A stretch of DNA of 32,000 bases from Candidatus Nitrospira inopinata (GCF_001458695.1 NZ_LN885086.1:2010001-2042000); one strand, 5' to 3'. Shown: positions 8,236-18,066, numbered from the stretch's first letter. Made by a program: numbers and translations. The notes: generated from the letters alone by a model not told the origin.

Positions 8236-11200
8236 ATGCTGAAGGTCGTCATCGGTCGATTCCATCCCACTCTCGAATCCGCATTGGTTGAGCGAGTCAG
8301 GCGGCTCAAGGCCCAAGATCCCTTGGCGCCGCTCGCGATCGTTGTTCCGTCCAATCCGCTGGCCGACCGTCTTCGGGCCCTGCTGGCCGTCGAACACCGG
8401 CTGTCGCTGCTGAGCCTGCACGTCTTGACCTTTCATCAACTCGCCCTCCGCCTGGCGGACGAAAGAACGTCCGATCATGCGTTGCCTCGCGTCGTCGATG
8501 AGTTGTTTTTCGAACAGGTGATTCGTTATCTGGTTTGCCGCACGCTCTCACGGCATGAGCCGTTTCAGCGACTTGGGCGCACCGCGGGGACCTGGGGCGC
8601 CCTCTGGGCCACGATTCGCGATTTGAAGGACGCGCTCGTCGACCCCGACCAGATGATGCGGGGACTGCGCGAAGACTGTTTCGATGAAGATGACCAAGGG
8701 TGGCTCGAAGCGCTCGCGACCCTCTACGCGGCCGTCAGAGAGTCCGGTCGAACGTTGGGGGTCGGGACACAAAATGACCTCGCCGAGCGCCTCACTCCCC
8801 TGCTGCCGACCTCTTCATTTCTCCGACCGTTCAAAGAGGTGCTCTATTATGGATTCTACGACTTGACTCAGGTCCAGCTCTCGTTCTTTGAGGCCGTGAG
8901 CCGCGCCAAAGAGACGACGCTGTTCTTCCCGTTGGAAGATGAGCCGGCCTATGACTTTGCGCGGCGATTCTTCGATCGCTGCATCAGGCCGTTGGCGGCG
9001 ACGATTGAGAGGGAGATCGGACCATCGCCACCGTCATCCGAAGCGGGCCAAGAGGTTCGGTTTGCAATACGGAACGTGATCGGCCCTGAAGAAGAATTGG
9101 CTTCGGCCTGCCGCATGATCCTTGAGTTGGTCGAAACCAACGGCTATCGGTTCGACGAGATCGGCGTCGTGGCTCGCACGCTTGATCCCTACGGACCGCA
9201 TATTCAGTCGGTCTTTGACCGCCATCGGGTGCCGTTTCGTACGACGGCCACTCGGCCGTTGATGGAAGAGCCGACAAGCAAACTGATGCTCCAGCTTGTC
9301 TCGTTGCCGTTGAACGACTGGTATGCTCCGGTCGTGCTCGACGTCGTGACGTCTCCCTTCTACACGACCGATCTGTGCGATGACCGGTCGCCGGCCTATA
9401 GACCCGAACAGTGGAGACTCGCCGTTCAGTCCCTGCGCATCACTCGCGGAACGGACGAATGGAACAGACTGGATCGGGTCGGCCAGGGGCGATTGGCGCT
9501 CGACGGCGAGGAGAGCCCGCTCGATTCCCTGGCGATTGCCCCGGAAACGCTCGCATTGCTCCGACAAGTCGTCGCCGAACTGATGAAAGACTGTTCCACG
9601 TTGCCGTCCAAGGGACCCATCGGTCGGCTGGTGGAGGCCTGTCAGGTCCTGGTTGATCGGCGCATCCGTCGGCCTGATCCGGGAGCGAGCCGCCAAGATC
9701 CCCTTGCCGCTGATCGGATGGCGATGTGGGCGGCTCTGGATCGTCTCTGGGCCACCCTTCTGGAATTGGAGTCGCTCAATGAAGAACTGACCTGGCATGA
9801 GTTCGTCGAATTGTTGACGCGCGCCATTGAAAAGACCACGGCGCCGGTTGCTTCCGTCTCCTGTGCCGGTGTGACGGTGGCGGACGTGATGGCCGCTCGC
9901 GGGGTGCCGTTCAAGGCGTTGTTCCTTTTGGGACTGAACGATCAAACCTTCCCCCGTTCCATCCGAGAGGACGGATTTCTGCGGGATCGGCACCGTCGCG
10001 TGCTGGATGCCACGTTGGGGTTCAAGATCGATGAAAAACTGGCCGGCCACGAAGAAGAGCGGTTGTTGTTCCATCTCGCCTGTCGCTCGGCACGTCACCG
10101 TCTGTATCTCTCCTATCAACGGGCCGATGAATCGGGCCGCACGCTGGCGACGTCGCCGTATCTTGACGACGTCGCCCGGCTGTTTGGAGCGGAAGATTCC
10201 GGTGCGGAAGTGATTCCGCGCCGCCTGGTGGAGCGATTGCGCCGGCGACCGGCGGAGCGATTCGTCATTGCGCCTGCCGATCTCATCCAATGGCTAGCCC
10301 TGAACGGCCAGGACCCGGCTGATTTGATTGATGCGCTGGGTCGCGATGGGGACCTGTTTCGTCACGCGATCGAGGCCCTTGGCCGGATCGAGGCGGACGA
10401 TCACCAACTCAACGAGTTCGACGGAGTAACCGGACAGCTTGAAACCCATTGGCGACGTCTGCTCGATCAAGGAATGGCTCCGACGCCGCTCGAACGGTAT
10501 GCCCGTTGTCCCTTTCAGTATTTCGCCGCCGACGTTCTGCGGTTGGAAACGAACCGGATGGTAATCGAACCGGGACCGGACGCCGCCCTTGTCGGCAGCC
10601 TCTGCCACGCTGCGCTGCGGCACTGTTACGAGCGGCTCGTGCAAGCCGGATGGCCGGTTCAACGGGTGGAGGAGGATGAGTTGACAAGAATCGTTGCTTC
10701 GTCCGTTGAACGGGCCTCGGCTGATCTGGAGAGTCGGCAAGGGGTGGGCCCTTATCTCCTCTGGGAAATGGCGAAAGAGACGGTCTGTCAGCTTGTGCGC
10801 GAGGCGGTGGAGGCGGATGAAGCGGAACAGGCCGAGCAGCCGTACAGCCCCATTGCATTTGAGGTGGAGGGAGAGGGGGGTGTTCCGGAGACTCTTGGCG
10901 GGAAGCCGTTGAAAATTCGAGGCCGGGTGGATCGGTTGGATCGGCATCGGGTGTCCGGCGTACTGCGTGTGATCGACTACAAACTCAAGCTTGGGTCGAG
11001 CATGAAGCCGGAAGATCGGAATCTGGTGCAGTCGGCGGTTCGGGGTTATCGTTTGCAGCCGCCGCTCTACAGTTGCCTTTCCGTGCAGGGATCTTCTTTG
11101 CCCGACCTCGTGCAGTTCTTTTTTCTCGCGCCTCAGTGGGTGCCGAGCATCAGCCGCTCGACGTTCGAGAGGCCTTCGTGGTCGTCCGATACCGGTCTCC

Positions 11201-11400
11201 TGATTCGGAAGACGCTGGCCACACTGCTCGAAGGAATCAACCGCGGACGATTTTTTATCTTGCCGGACGGCTATTGCGACGGCTGCCTCTACCGGCCTGC
11301 GTGCCGGCGGGAACATGGTCCCACCTGGTGGAGAGTCTATCGTGCGGCTGAATCGAAATCGCTGAGGGCGATGCGGAAACACAAGGTGAACGGTGAGTGA
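8236..11400 (+). CDS. addB: AddB/RexB-like PD-(D/E)XK nuclease subunit with C-terminal Fe-S cysteine cluster
   Basis: 1054 aa. C-terminal nuclease motifs RGRVDRLD and LRVIDYKLK, flanked by four Cys (RYARCPFQYF ... GYCDGCLYRPAC) as in the AddB 4Fe-4S staple. Sits directly upstream of, and overlaps, an AddA-like gene. The N-terminal Walker A position is degenerate (IGRFHPTLES). Confidence 0.82.
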   Translation: MLKVVIGRFHPTLESALVERVRRLKAQDPLAPLAIVVPSNPLADRLRALLAVEHRLSLLSLHVLTFHQLALRLADERTSDHALPRVVDELFFEQVIRYLVCRTLSRHEPFQRLGRTAGTWGALWATIRDLKDALVDPDQMMRGLREDCFDEDDQGWLEALATLYAAVRESGRTLGVGTQNDLAERLTPLLPTSSFLRPFKEVLYYGFYDLTQVQLSFFEAVSRAKETTLFFPLEDEPAYDFARRFFDRCIRPLAATIEREIGPSPPSSEAGQEVRFAIRNVIGPEEELASACRMILELVETNGYRFDEIGVVARTLDPYGPHIQSVFDRHRVPFRTTATRPLMEEPTSKLMLQLVSLPLNDWYAPVVLDVVTSPFYTTDLCDDRSPAYRPEQWRLAVQSLRITRGTDEWNRLDRVGQGRLALDGEESPLDSLAIAPETLALLRQVVAELMKDCSTLPSKGPIGRLVEACQVLVDRRIRRPDPGASRQDPLAADRMAMWAALDRLWATLLELESLNEELTWHEFVELLTRAIEKTTAPVASVSCAGVTVADVMAARGVPFKALFLLGLNDQTFPRSIREDGFLRDRHRRVLDATLGFKIDEKLAGHEEERLLFHLACRSARHRLYLSYQRADESGRTLATSPYLDDVARLFGAEDSGAEVIPRRLVERLRRRPAERFVIAPADLIQWLALNGQDPADLIDALGRDGDLFRHAIEALGRIEADDHQLNEFDGVTGQLETHWRRLLDQGMAPTPLERYARCPFQYFAADVLRLETNRMVIEPGPDAALVGSLCHAALRHCYERLVQAGWPVQRVEEDELTRIVASSVERASADLESRQGVGPYLLWEMAKETVCQLVREAVEADEAEQAEQPYSPIAFEVEGEGGVPETLGGKPLKIRGRVDRLDRHRVSGVLRVIDYKLKLGSSMKPEDRNLVQSAVRGYRLQPPLYSCLSVQGSSLPDLVQFFFLAPQWVPSISRSTFERPSWSSDTGLLIRKTLATLLEGINRGRFFILPDGYCDGCLYRPACRREHGPTWWRVYRAAESKSLRAMRKHKVNGE

Positions 11401-14400
11401 TCGTTCTTCGATACCGGCTCGCGCGATCCCGGACCGCGCCGCCCGGGAGGCGGCGGAGACGACGTGTGATCGAAACGTCGTGGTCATCGCCGGGGCGGGA
11501 ACCGGCAAGACGACTTTGCTGGTGAATCGGCTGGTGCATCTGCTCATGAGGCAGCCGGAGCCGATCCCCATCATGCGAATCGTCGCCTTGACGTTCACCA
11601 ACAAGGCCGCGACGGAGATGAAGATACGGTTGCGCGAACGACTGACCGTTCTTGCCCGTCCTGAAACCGCGTCGATGCGGTCAAACGGCGGAGGAGCCCT
11701 GTCCTGCCGCGAGCTTGAAGCGCGCTACGGTCTCGATCCGGAAGCCGTCGCCACGCTGGCTCATGCGGCGCTCGCCGATCTTGAAAAGGCGCAAATCGGC
11801 ACGTTGCACGGTTTCGCGGCTCATCTGCTGCGGCTCTACCCCTTGGAGAGCCGCGTCGATCCCGATTTTCGGGAAGACGATGGCCAGCGATTCGAGGAAC
11901 ACTTCGCCGCCTCGTGGGATCTCTGGTTGGATCGAGAGCTGAGCCGATCCGGACTTCATCATCGTCCGTGGCGGAGCGTGTTGGCGTCGGTTGCGTTGGA
12001 TTCGATTCGAGACCTGGCCAAAGCCCTCTGCGGCGAATTGGTCGATCTCGATGTCCTTCAACGGCAGGTCTCATCGGATGCGATACCGGCGGCCGTCCTC
12101 CAGTGGTTGCAACAGCAACAGGGGCGAGCCCGTCAGTTGTTGCAAATCCACGACCGGCCGAAACGGCGAAAGATTGAACGGATGTTGGCCGCCGCGGCGT
12201 CGTTGATGGAACTGGTGGTGGAAAGAGGCTTGGCCGGCCGGCAGAGATTGTCGATGGAAGAGCGGCAGTGGCTCGAAAAAGACCTGGGTAGCCGTGTGGT
12301 TGGGTGGGAAGGGCAAGATTTTCAAGAGGCGGCTACCCTGATCGAGACGGCGCAACAGTTGCTGGCGGTCGATGAAAGCGTGTTGCGCGACCTTCTGTCG
12401 CTGCTTCTTCCCCTGGTCCGGCAGGTTCGAGACACGTTCGTCACGCAAGGCTGGTTGTCATTCGACGGACTGTTGGCTCGGGCCAGAGCGTTGCTTTATG
12501 ACTATCCGTCCGTCCGCGAGCGGATCAAGCGGGAATATCAGGCGGTGTTGGTCGATGAGTTTCAGGACACGGATCCCGTCCAGTATGAAATCATCCTGGC
12601 CCTGTCGGAACGGCTTGGAGAGAGCGCGACTCGCTGGCAGGATCTGTCGCTCGAGCCGGGGAAACTCTTTATCGTCGGCGACCCGAAACAGTCGATCTAT
12701 GCCTTTCGTCGAGCGGACATCGAGGCCTTTGACCGAGTGGTCGAAAAGATCGAAAGGGGTGGAGGCATGGTTCTGAACTTGACGACGAACTTCCGCAGCG
12801 ACGCGGCCCTGTTGGAACGGGTGAACGGCGTGTTTGATCGGCTGTTCGAGCGGCGGCCGTTGGTCCAACCTCCGAACGTGCCGTTGGAGGCCGGTCGGCC
12901 ACGAGGCGCCATGTCGATCGAGCCGGGCGTGCGACTTCACGTGGTGGTTCCTCGGGAACCGGATGTCTCCTTCGATGCGGCGGAGGCGACAAGGGCCGAG
13001 AGCGAAATGGTGGCGCGCTGGCTTGCCGAAGAGGTGCTGAACAGCTCCTCGATCAAACCGGGCCACGTGGCCTTGTTGTTCAGGAAACTCACGCAGGCCG
13101 ATGCGTATCTGGACGCGTTGCGGCGGCATGACATCGCGTACGTGATCGAGGGGGAGAAACATTTCTACCGCCGCCAGGAGGTCATCGACTTGGTCAATCT
13201 GTTGCGCCTCCTGGATCATCCCCACGACGAGATCGCCTGGGCCGGCCTCCTGCGATCGCCGCTCGGCGGGCTGACGGATCGTCACCTGTACGAGCTTCGG
13301 CAGGCTGGGCTGTGTGATTATCGTCATGCGGACCGTCTGGCAAGGTGGGATCATCCGTCGGCCGCTGCCGTCCAAAGACTCTATGGACATTTGACGTGGC
13401 TCCATCGCGCCATTGCCGGTCTTCCGTTGGTCGAGGCTCTCGATCATGTGTTTGACCGGTTGCCCGTTTTGGAGGTAGCGGCCGCGTCCCTCCATGGAGA
13501 ACAGGCCGTGGCCAATCTTCTGAAAGTGAAGCAGATGGCCGCGTCCTTCGCCGACCGGCCTCACGTGACCTTCAGCCGCTTCGTCGATCTCATGAGCGCG
13601 AGGCTGGAAGAACAACCGGACGAATCGGAGAGTCCGTTGACGGAAGAATCTTCGGACGCCGTGCACGTGTTGACCATTCACAAGGCCAAGGGATTGGAGT
13701 TTCCCATCGTGGTGCTGCCGGGTCTTCACCAAGGAAGCGGGCGCGAACGCGATGTTCGGCAGGTTTCCTACGATTGGTCGAGCAATACCTACGGTCTTTC
13801 ACTGGGTTGCCATCGGTCCCTTGGGTCGTTGCTCGTGGAGAGCAAGCAGCGGCTGCGGGAAGAGGCGGAACGGCGCCGTTTGCTGTATGTGGGCATGACG
13901 AGGGCCAAGGACCTGCTCGTGTTGACCGGAGGGGTCACGGCCCGCTCGGCCGGAGAGACGGTCTTTGATCTGTTGCAGTCCGGCGCGACGGGAACGATCG
14001 GAGACCGTTCGATCGCCGATCTTCAAGTGGGGGCCGCGGTGATTCCCCACGTGGCGGTCACGGCTCCGGAACGAAAACGCCCGTCCAGACGACGCGAACA
14101 GGAAGCCGAATCCATCGTGATCGATGCGCGAGCCGTTGCGACTCGCTGGCGTGAGCGGGCAGTGCGGTGGGATCAGGTGCGCAAGACCCCGTACTTCCTC
14201 ACTCCCACGAGCATGGGTGCGAGCATGGGGGAAGAGGGGGCGCCGACCGTGAGTCTCACGGCTTCGAGAGGGGAGGAAGCGGCCATCGCACGGTTGGCCG
14301 GCGTCGTGGTCCATCGTCTGCTCGAACGGTGGGATTTTTCGCGAGATCCGTCGGAATTATCGGTTCAGCTCGACCCGGTTCTCGAATCGGTCCTTGGGAC

Positions 14401-14767
14401 TGATGAACAGGCCCATGCCGAGGTGGTCGCCTCGTCCGTCCGGGAGCTTCTGGCCTCCTTCTCTCAGTCCGACCTCTACAAGCGGCTCGCAACGGCCGAG
14501 ATCCTCGGCCGTGAAGTGCCGTTGCTGATGCCGTGGGGAGAGGGACAGGTGATGGAGGGGGTGATCGACGTGATCTACCGGCTTGACGGAACAGTCTGGG
14601 TGGCGGACTATAAAACGGATGCGATCGAGGCCGAACAAGCGGCGGCTCGGGCCGAACGGTATCGGATGCAAGCTCAGGTGTACAAGGAAGCGGTGCGGGG
14701 AAGCCTGCATGTCGAGCCTCGGTTTCACTGTCTGTTTCTGCGGTGCGGAGTGGCCGTCGAGCTCTGA
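11393..14767 (+). CDS. addA: AddA-like UvrD/Rep-family helicase with C-terminal PD-(D/E)XK nuclease
   Basis: Motifs VIAGAGTGKTT, VLVDEFQDTDPVQ, FIVGDPKQSIYAFRRAD, LTTNFRS, LTIHKAKGLEFPIV, LLYVGMTRAK. Nuclease GVIDVIYRLDGTVWVADYKTD. GTG start overlaps the addB stop (GTGAGTGA). Confidence 0.88.
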   Translation: MSDRSSIPARAIPDRAAREAAETTCDRNVVVIAGAGTGKTTLLVNRLVHLLMRQPEPIPIMRIVALTFTNKAATEMKIRLRERLTVLARPETASMRSNGGGALSCRELEARYGLDPEAVATLAHAALADLEKAQIGTLHGFAAHLLRLYPLESRVDPDFREDDGQRFEEHFAASWDLWLDRELSRSGLHHRPWRSVLASVALDSIRDLAKALCGELVDLDVLQRQVSSDAIPAAVLQWLQQQQGRARQLLQIHDRPKRRKIERMLAAAASLMELVVERGLAGRQRLSMEERQWLEKDLGSRVVGWEGQDFQEAATLIETAQQLLAVDESVLRDLLSLLLPLVRQVRDTFVTQGWLSFDGLLARARALLYDYPSVRERIKREYQAVLVDEFQDTDPVQYEIILALSERLGESATRWQDLSLEPGKLFIVGDPKQSIYAFRRADIEAFDRVVEKIERGGGMVLNLTTNFRSDAALLERVNGVFDRLFERRPLVQPPNVPLEAGRPRGAMSIEPGVRLHVVVPREPDVSFDAAEATRAESEMVARWLAEEVLNSSSIKPGHVALLFRKLTQADAYLDALRRHDIAYVIEGEKHFYRRQEVIDLVNLLRLLDHPHDEIAWAGLLRSPLGGLTDRHLYELRQAGLCDYRHADRLARWDHPSAAAVQRLYGHLTWLHRAIAGLPLVEALDHVFDRLPVLEVAAASLHGEQAVANLLKVKQMAASFADRPHVTFSRFVDLMSARLEEQPDESESPLTEESSDAVHVLTIHKAKGLEFPIVVLPGLHQGSGRERDVRQVSYDWSSNTYGLSLGCHRSLGSLLVESKQRLREEAERRRLLYVGMTRAKDLLVLTGGVTARSAGETVFDLLQSGATGTIGDRSIADLQVGAAVIPHVAVTAPERKRPSRRREQEAESIVIDARAVATRWRERAVRWDQVRKTPYFLTPTSMGASMGEEGAPTVSLTASRGEEAAIARLAGVVVHRLLERWDFSRDPSELSVQLDPVLESVLGTDEQAHAEVVASSVRELLASFSQSDLYKRLATAEILGREVPLLMPWGEGQVMEGVIDVIYRLDGTVWVADYKTDAIEAEQAAARAERYRMQAQVYKEAVRGSLHVEPRFHCLFLRCGVAVEL

Positions 14768-14783
14768 CGCGGAGATCGTCGAA

Positions 14784-15161
14784 ATGGCCGACCGTCGTTC
14801 CATCTCGTCGGAAGCCTTTGCCCGGCTCGTCAAGCGGGCGATCAAGGATTTGCCTCCTCCCTACGCGAAACTGATGGAGTCCATCGCCGTCGTGATCGAG
14901 GAGGAGCCGCCCCAAGAGGTATTGGATGATCTTGAACTCGACGATGAGGATGAGCTGCTGGGGCTCTATCAGGGTCAGTCGCTCGCGGAAGAATCGTTCT
15001 TTTCCGCCGGTGGAACGGAGCCGGCCAAGATCTCGATCTATCGCGGGCCGATCCTACGGCAGTGTCACAGTGAAGAGGAGATCGTCCGCGAGGTCTATGA
15101 AACCGTCATGCACGAGTTGGGGCACCACGTGGGGCTCGATGACGACGAGATGCCGTATTAG
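14784..15161 (+). CDS. minimal zincin metallopeptidase family protein (DUF1025/Zincin_1-like)
   Basis: HELGHHVGLDDDEM motif near the C-terminus and an acidic central stretch. ATG at 14784 is preceded by GGAGA and lies 16 nt after the addA stop. The longer ORF from 14583 overlaps addA and is rejected. Confidence 0.78.
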   Translation: MADRRSISSEAFARLVKRAIKDLPPPYAKLMESIAVVIEEEPPQEVLDDLELDDEDELLGLYQGQSLAEESFFSAGGTEPAKISIYRGPILRQCHSEEEIVREVYETVMHELGHHVGLDDDEMPY

Positions 15162-15262
15162 GAAACAGGTGTCAGTCAAGGGTTCTTCGGTATCAGCCTC
15201 GGTGATCTGCCAATGGGCGACTCAAAACCGACAACTGAGAACCGACGACGAGTTCCCCCCGC

Positions 15263-16066
15263 TTATGCGGCGCGCCGTTCTTTGAGGAATCCCCTTGCCA
15301 GCATCGCCAGGCCGATGACGATCATGGGAGTGGAGAGGATCTGCCCCATCGTAACGTGGGCGAAGAGAAAGCCCAGGTGTTGATCGGGCTCTCGGAAAAA
15401 CTCCACGAAGAAGCGGCAGAGACCGTAACCGGTCAGGAAGCTCCAGAATATCGTTCCCGGCGGGGTCTTCACCCGGCCGATGGCCCACAGGACCGTAAAG
15501 AGCAGCGGGCCTTCAAGCCCGGCTTCGTACAGTTGAGAAGGATGGCGGCAGGCCGGCCCTCCGGTCGGGAAGACCATGCACCAGGCCGCGTCGGTCTCTC
15601 GTCCGTAGAGCTCGCCGTTGATGAAATTGCCGATTCTTCCGAACCCCAGTCCGATCGGCGTGACCGAGGCGGCCAAGTCGGCGACCGTCGCGGCGGGAAC
15701 GCCGCGTCGTTTGCTGAACAAGAGCAGGGCGATGATCGTGCCGATCAATCCGCCGTGAAACGACATCCCGCCTTCCCACACGGCGAAGATCTTCCAAGGC
15801 TGATGCGAGTAGTAGGAAAAATTATAAAACAGTGTGTAACCGATTCGTCCGCCGAGAAAGACTCCGAAGGCCGCGAAGACCACCATGTCATAGACTTGTT
15901 CAGGGGGGAGAGGCAACGCCCGTGCGGCGGCCTTGCGCTTGATCAGCCAATAGGCCGCCGTGAGCCCGATAAGATACATCAGGCCGTACCAGCGGAATTG
16001 CAACGGGCCGAGTTCGAAAAAAACCGGATCGATGTTGGGAAAGGCAATGGCGGCGAATGAGCCCAC
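15263..16066 (-). CDS. lgt: prolipoprotein diacylglyceryl transferase
   Basis: FPNIDPVFFELGPLQFRWYGLMYLIG, GGRIGYTLFYN, GGMSFHGGLIG, FGRIGNFINGELYGR. GTG start. Confidence 0.9.
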   Translation of the reverse strand: MGSFAAIAFPNIDPVFFELGPLQFRWYGLMYLIGLTAAYWLIKRKAAARALPLPPEQVYDMVVFAAFGVFLGGRIGYTLFYNFSYYSHQPWKIFAVWEGGMSFHGGLIGTIIALLLFSKRRGVPAATVADLAASVTPIGLGFGRIGNFINGELYGRETDAAWCMVFPTGGPACRHPSQLYEAGLEGPLLFTVLWAIGRVKTPPGTIFWSFLTGYGLCRFFVEFFREPDQHLGFLFAHVTMGQILSTPMIVIGLAMLARGFLKERRAA

Positions 16067-16189
16067 GTCGTGTCCTTTGCCTGACGGATGCGGCGATGAT
16101 AGGGGAGGGCCTCGTCCATTGCAAGCCGCTCGCCGAGCGACTCGATCTCCGCTCCGCGATTCGTCGCGGTGTTCTCAGGCGACCGGAGA

Positions 16190-16975
16190 TTATTCCGTCG
16201 GACGTTCGTGTTGAATGGACTCCACCTGTGACGCGGAGACGGTTTCGATCGGGGGAAAGTCTTCTGCAAAACGGGCGGGAAACACGTATAACCGATCGCC
16301 CACCGAGAAGAGGAGTCTGTATTCGGTCACGTCATGGTAGAGACGGATGGTGGAGAGGGTCGATAGGGAAGGATCTTTGTCGAATTTGCCGAAATTGCGG
16401 CCGAGTTGCGCCGGAACCACGTATAGGCCGATGAGGACGGCGGCCAGCACGGGGTACCACATCAATCCATCGAGTCGAATGTCGGGCCTGCGCCACCGGA
16501 CGAGCGCGTAATCGATGCCCGACGCGACCAACAACACGAGCGTGAGCGCCGAAACGGCCGAAGCGACAAGGGCCTGGGTTTTGTATCCGAGAACGTCGAG
16601 CGCGAAATCAAGAACGCTCAGCGCCAGCAGACACCAGGGACCGTAGATCATCGTGATCAGAGACACTTTGAATCGCCTGCGTGTTCTCGACGGATCCGTC
16701 TGATCCACGTCGAAGAGACCCCGCACGGCCAGGAGCACGAAAAAGAGCAGGAGCAGCAGGGGCAACAAACTGCGCTCGAAGAACACGGCCATTGGAACGG
16801 TATCCAGGATCCATAAGGCTCCGAAGTCCGACAAGTACGATCGGGTGTAGATCACCCCTTCAAGGTAGGCCAAAAGGGTGAACGCCGCCATCCCGGCCAA
16901 AGCTTTGGGAACCTGCTCGACAAACTGTTGAGCGCCCGGCGCGCGTTTGGGCTCCGGAGCGTTCTGTTTCGGCAT
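16190..16975 (-). CDS. hypothetical polytopic membrane protein with a C-terminal soluble domain
   Basis: Five to six hydrophobic segments. SD GAGGTG 4 nt upstream of the ATG. Same strand as, and upstream of, lgt. No family recognised. Confidence 0.62.
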   Translation of the reverse strand: MPKQNAPEPKRAPGAQQFVEQVPKALAGMAAFTLLAYLEGVIYTRSYLSDFGALWILDTVPMAVFFERSLLPLLLLLFFVLLAVRGLFDVDQTDPSRTRRRFKVSLITMIYGPWCLLALSVLDFALDVLGYKTQALVASAVSALTLVLLVASGIDYALVRWRRPDIRLDGLMWYPVLAAVLIGLYVVPAQLGRNFGKFDKDPSLSTLSTIRLYHDVTEYRLLFSVGDRLYVFPARFAEDFPPIETVSASQVESIQHERPTE

Positions 16976-17242
16976 GCGTCACCTCGGAATCGGGTTCGCC
17001 GCCATGTGTCTTGCGCAAGCGCGTGACTCGCGGGAGAAGTGCAATGTTACCTCTGCCGGTTCAGAGAGTCTAAGACCAAGACTAAGTGTGTGGCGTGGTT
17101 ACACAGTACCGATGCCGCCCGAGGACATGCAAGAGATGAGAGAGTCCATTCCGGCTGTCTTAGGCCACGATCCGTGGGCCGGACGACTTTCATCAATGCG
17201 CGATTGAGGGCTTTGGGCGGTATGCGTCGTTTGGTCTCTGTC

Positions 17243-17271
17243 TTGAATCGGTCCTGGCGCGGTGTTACAGT
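17243..17271 (+). promoter_or_regulatory. sigma70-like promoter (TTGAAT-N17-TACAGT) upstream of tRNA-Leu
   Basis: Near-consensus spacing. The -10 element ends 62 nt upstream of tRNA position 1. Confidence 0.4.
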
Positions 17272-17333
17272 TTCGCCGCCCGTGGTGCCTGGATGGAAGA
17301 GCAAAAGGCATGGCGTCATCAACGGGGCGAGCT

Positions 17334-17420
17334 GCCGGAGTGGCGGAATTGGTAGACGCAAGGGACTTAAAATCCCTCGGGCTCACAAGGCCCGTGCCGG
17401 TTCGATTCCGGCCTCCGGCA
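17334..17420 (+). tRNA. tRNA-Leu (anticodon UAA), class II with long variable arm; CCA encoded at 17421-17423
   Basis: Hand-folded cloverleaf: acceptor GCCGGAG/CTCCGGC, D stem GCG/CGC, anticodon stem AGGGA/TCCCT with loop CTTAAAA, variable arm GGGC..GCCC, T arm GCCGG-TTCGATT-CCGGC, discriminator A. Confidence 0.93.
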
Positions 17421-17481
17421 CCAGCGTTCCAGCGTTGAGGACACCTGACGGATCGGAGTCACGTTACGAAAAGAGGGATGC

Positions 17482-17751
17482 ATGAGCAGCACAAAAATGA
17501 TCGTGGTGATCGGAAGTCTGGTTTTGGTTGTTGTCGGCGGAGGATTGGGAGCCTGGATGGCGTCAACCGCTCCTCCCGACAATCTGGAACCCTGGAAAGA
17601 ACAACAATGCAACGAATATGTGACGCAGTTGGAACGGGTCAACCAATACAAGATGTTCTGGTCGTTCGTTCAACGACGGGTGGCGTTTAACGACTGTCTG
17701 AGCAGAATAGAGGAAGCCGGCGGAAAGCCGACGGGCGGCGCCCATCCCTAG
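17482..17751 (+). CDS. hypothetical small protein with N-terminal membrane anchor
   Basis: SD AAGAGGGA upstream. Hydrophobic segment MIVVIGSLVLVVVGGGLGAWM followed by a polar two-Cys domain. No family recognised. Confidence 0.55.
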   Translation: MSSTKMIVVIGSLVLVVVGGGLGAWMASTAPPDNLEPWKEQQCNEYVTQLERVNQYKMFWSFVQRRVAFNDCLSRIEEAGGKPTGGAHP

Positions 17752-17892
17752 AAGGCCGATCCCCGGGAATTCGACGGCTTCGGGTGATGGGAGGGCGCAT
17801 TTTTGAACAGAGGAGGGGAAGTGAGGAGGTTCCTTGTCTTCCCAGCGCGTTGCCGTCATGACGCGCAACCGGTAGCCGTGGTCGTCTCGTGA

Positions 17893-18066
17893 TCAGTATT
17901 CGTCGATTTCATCGGTTTCGTCGACCAACTCCGCCGTGATCTCGCCGGGCTCGGCGGTCCATTGGGCCAGGGGGATGCCTTTGGCTTTCAGGATCGCTTC
18001 CTGCTCGGTTCCCGCCGCGATGGTCAGTTCGTAATGAATAGTCTGTCGCAATTGGAACATTCTCAT
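17893..18066 (-). CDS. hypothetical 57-aa acidic protein
   Basis: The internal Met (MRMFQLRQTIHYELTIAAGTEQEAILKAKG...DETDEIDEY) is preceded by AGGTGA. It lies 55 nt downstream of the secreted-protein gene on the same strand. Start uncertain (the ORF extends to 18138). Confidence 0.4.
   Translation of the reverse strand: MRMFQLRQTIHYELTIAAGTEQEAILKAKGIPLAQWTAEPGEITAELVDETDEIDEY

Noticed and set aside
9034-11604. Two long minus-strand ORFs (418 and 436 aa) antisense to addB and the addA start
   Set aside because: They are high-GC shadow ORFs with low-complexity Arg/Pro-rich translations, and the addB/addA motifs are on the plus strand.
12458-13732. 424-aa minus-strand ORF antisense to addA
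   Set aside because: It is a shadow ORF with no motifs.
16976-17242. ~270-nt intergenic stretch upstream of the tRNA promoter, with a locally lower-GC segment (TCTAAGACCAAGACTAAG) and a distal complementary GTCTTAG; considered as a small RNA or riboswitch
   Set aside because: I could not fold a convincing structure or recognise any known RNA family motif (SRP, 6S, tmRNA, RNase P). It also has to house the divergent promoter of the 16190..16975 gene.
17039-17485. 148-aa plus-strand ORF running through the tRNA-Leu gene
   Set aside because: It overlaps a well-folding tRNA and its promoter, and its Arg-rich translation has no motifs.
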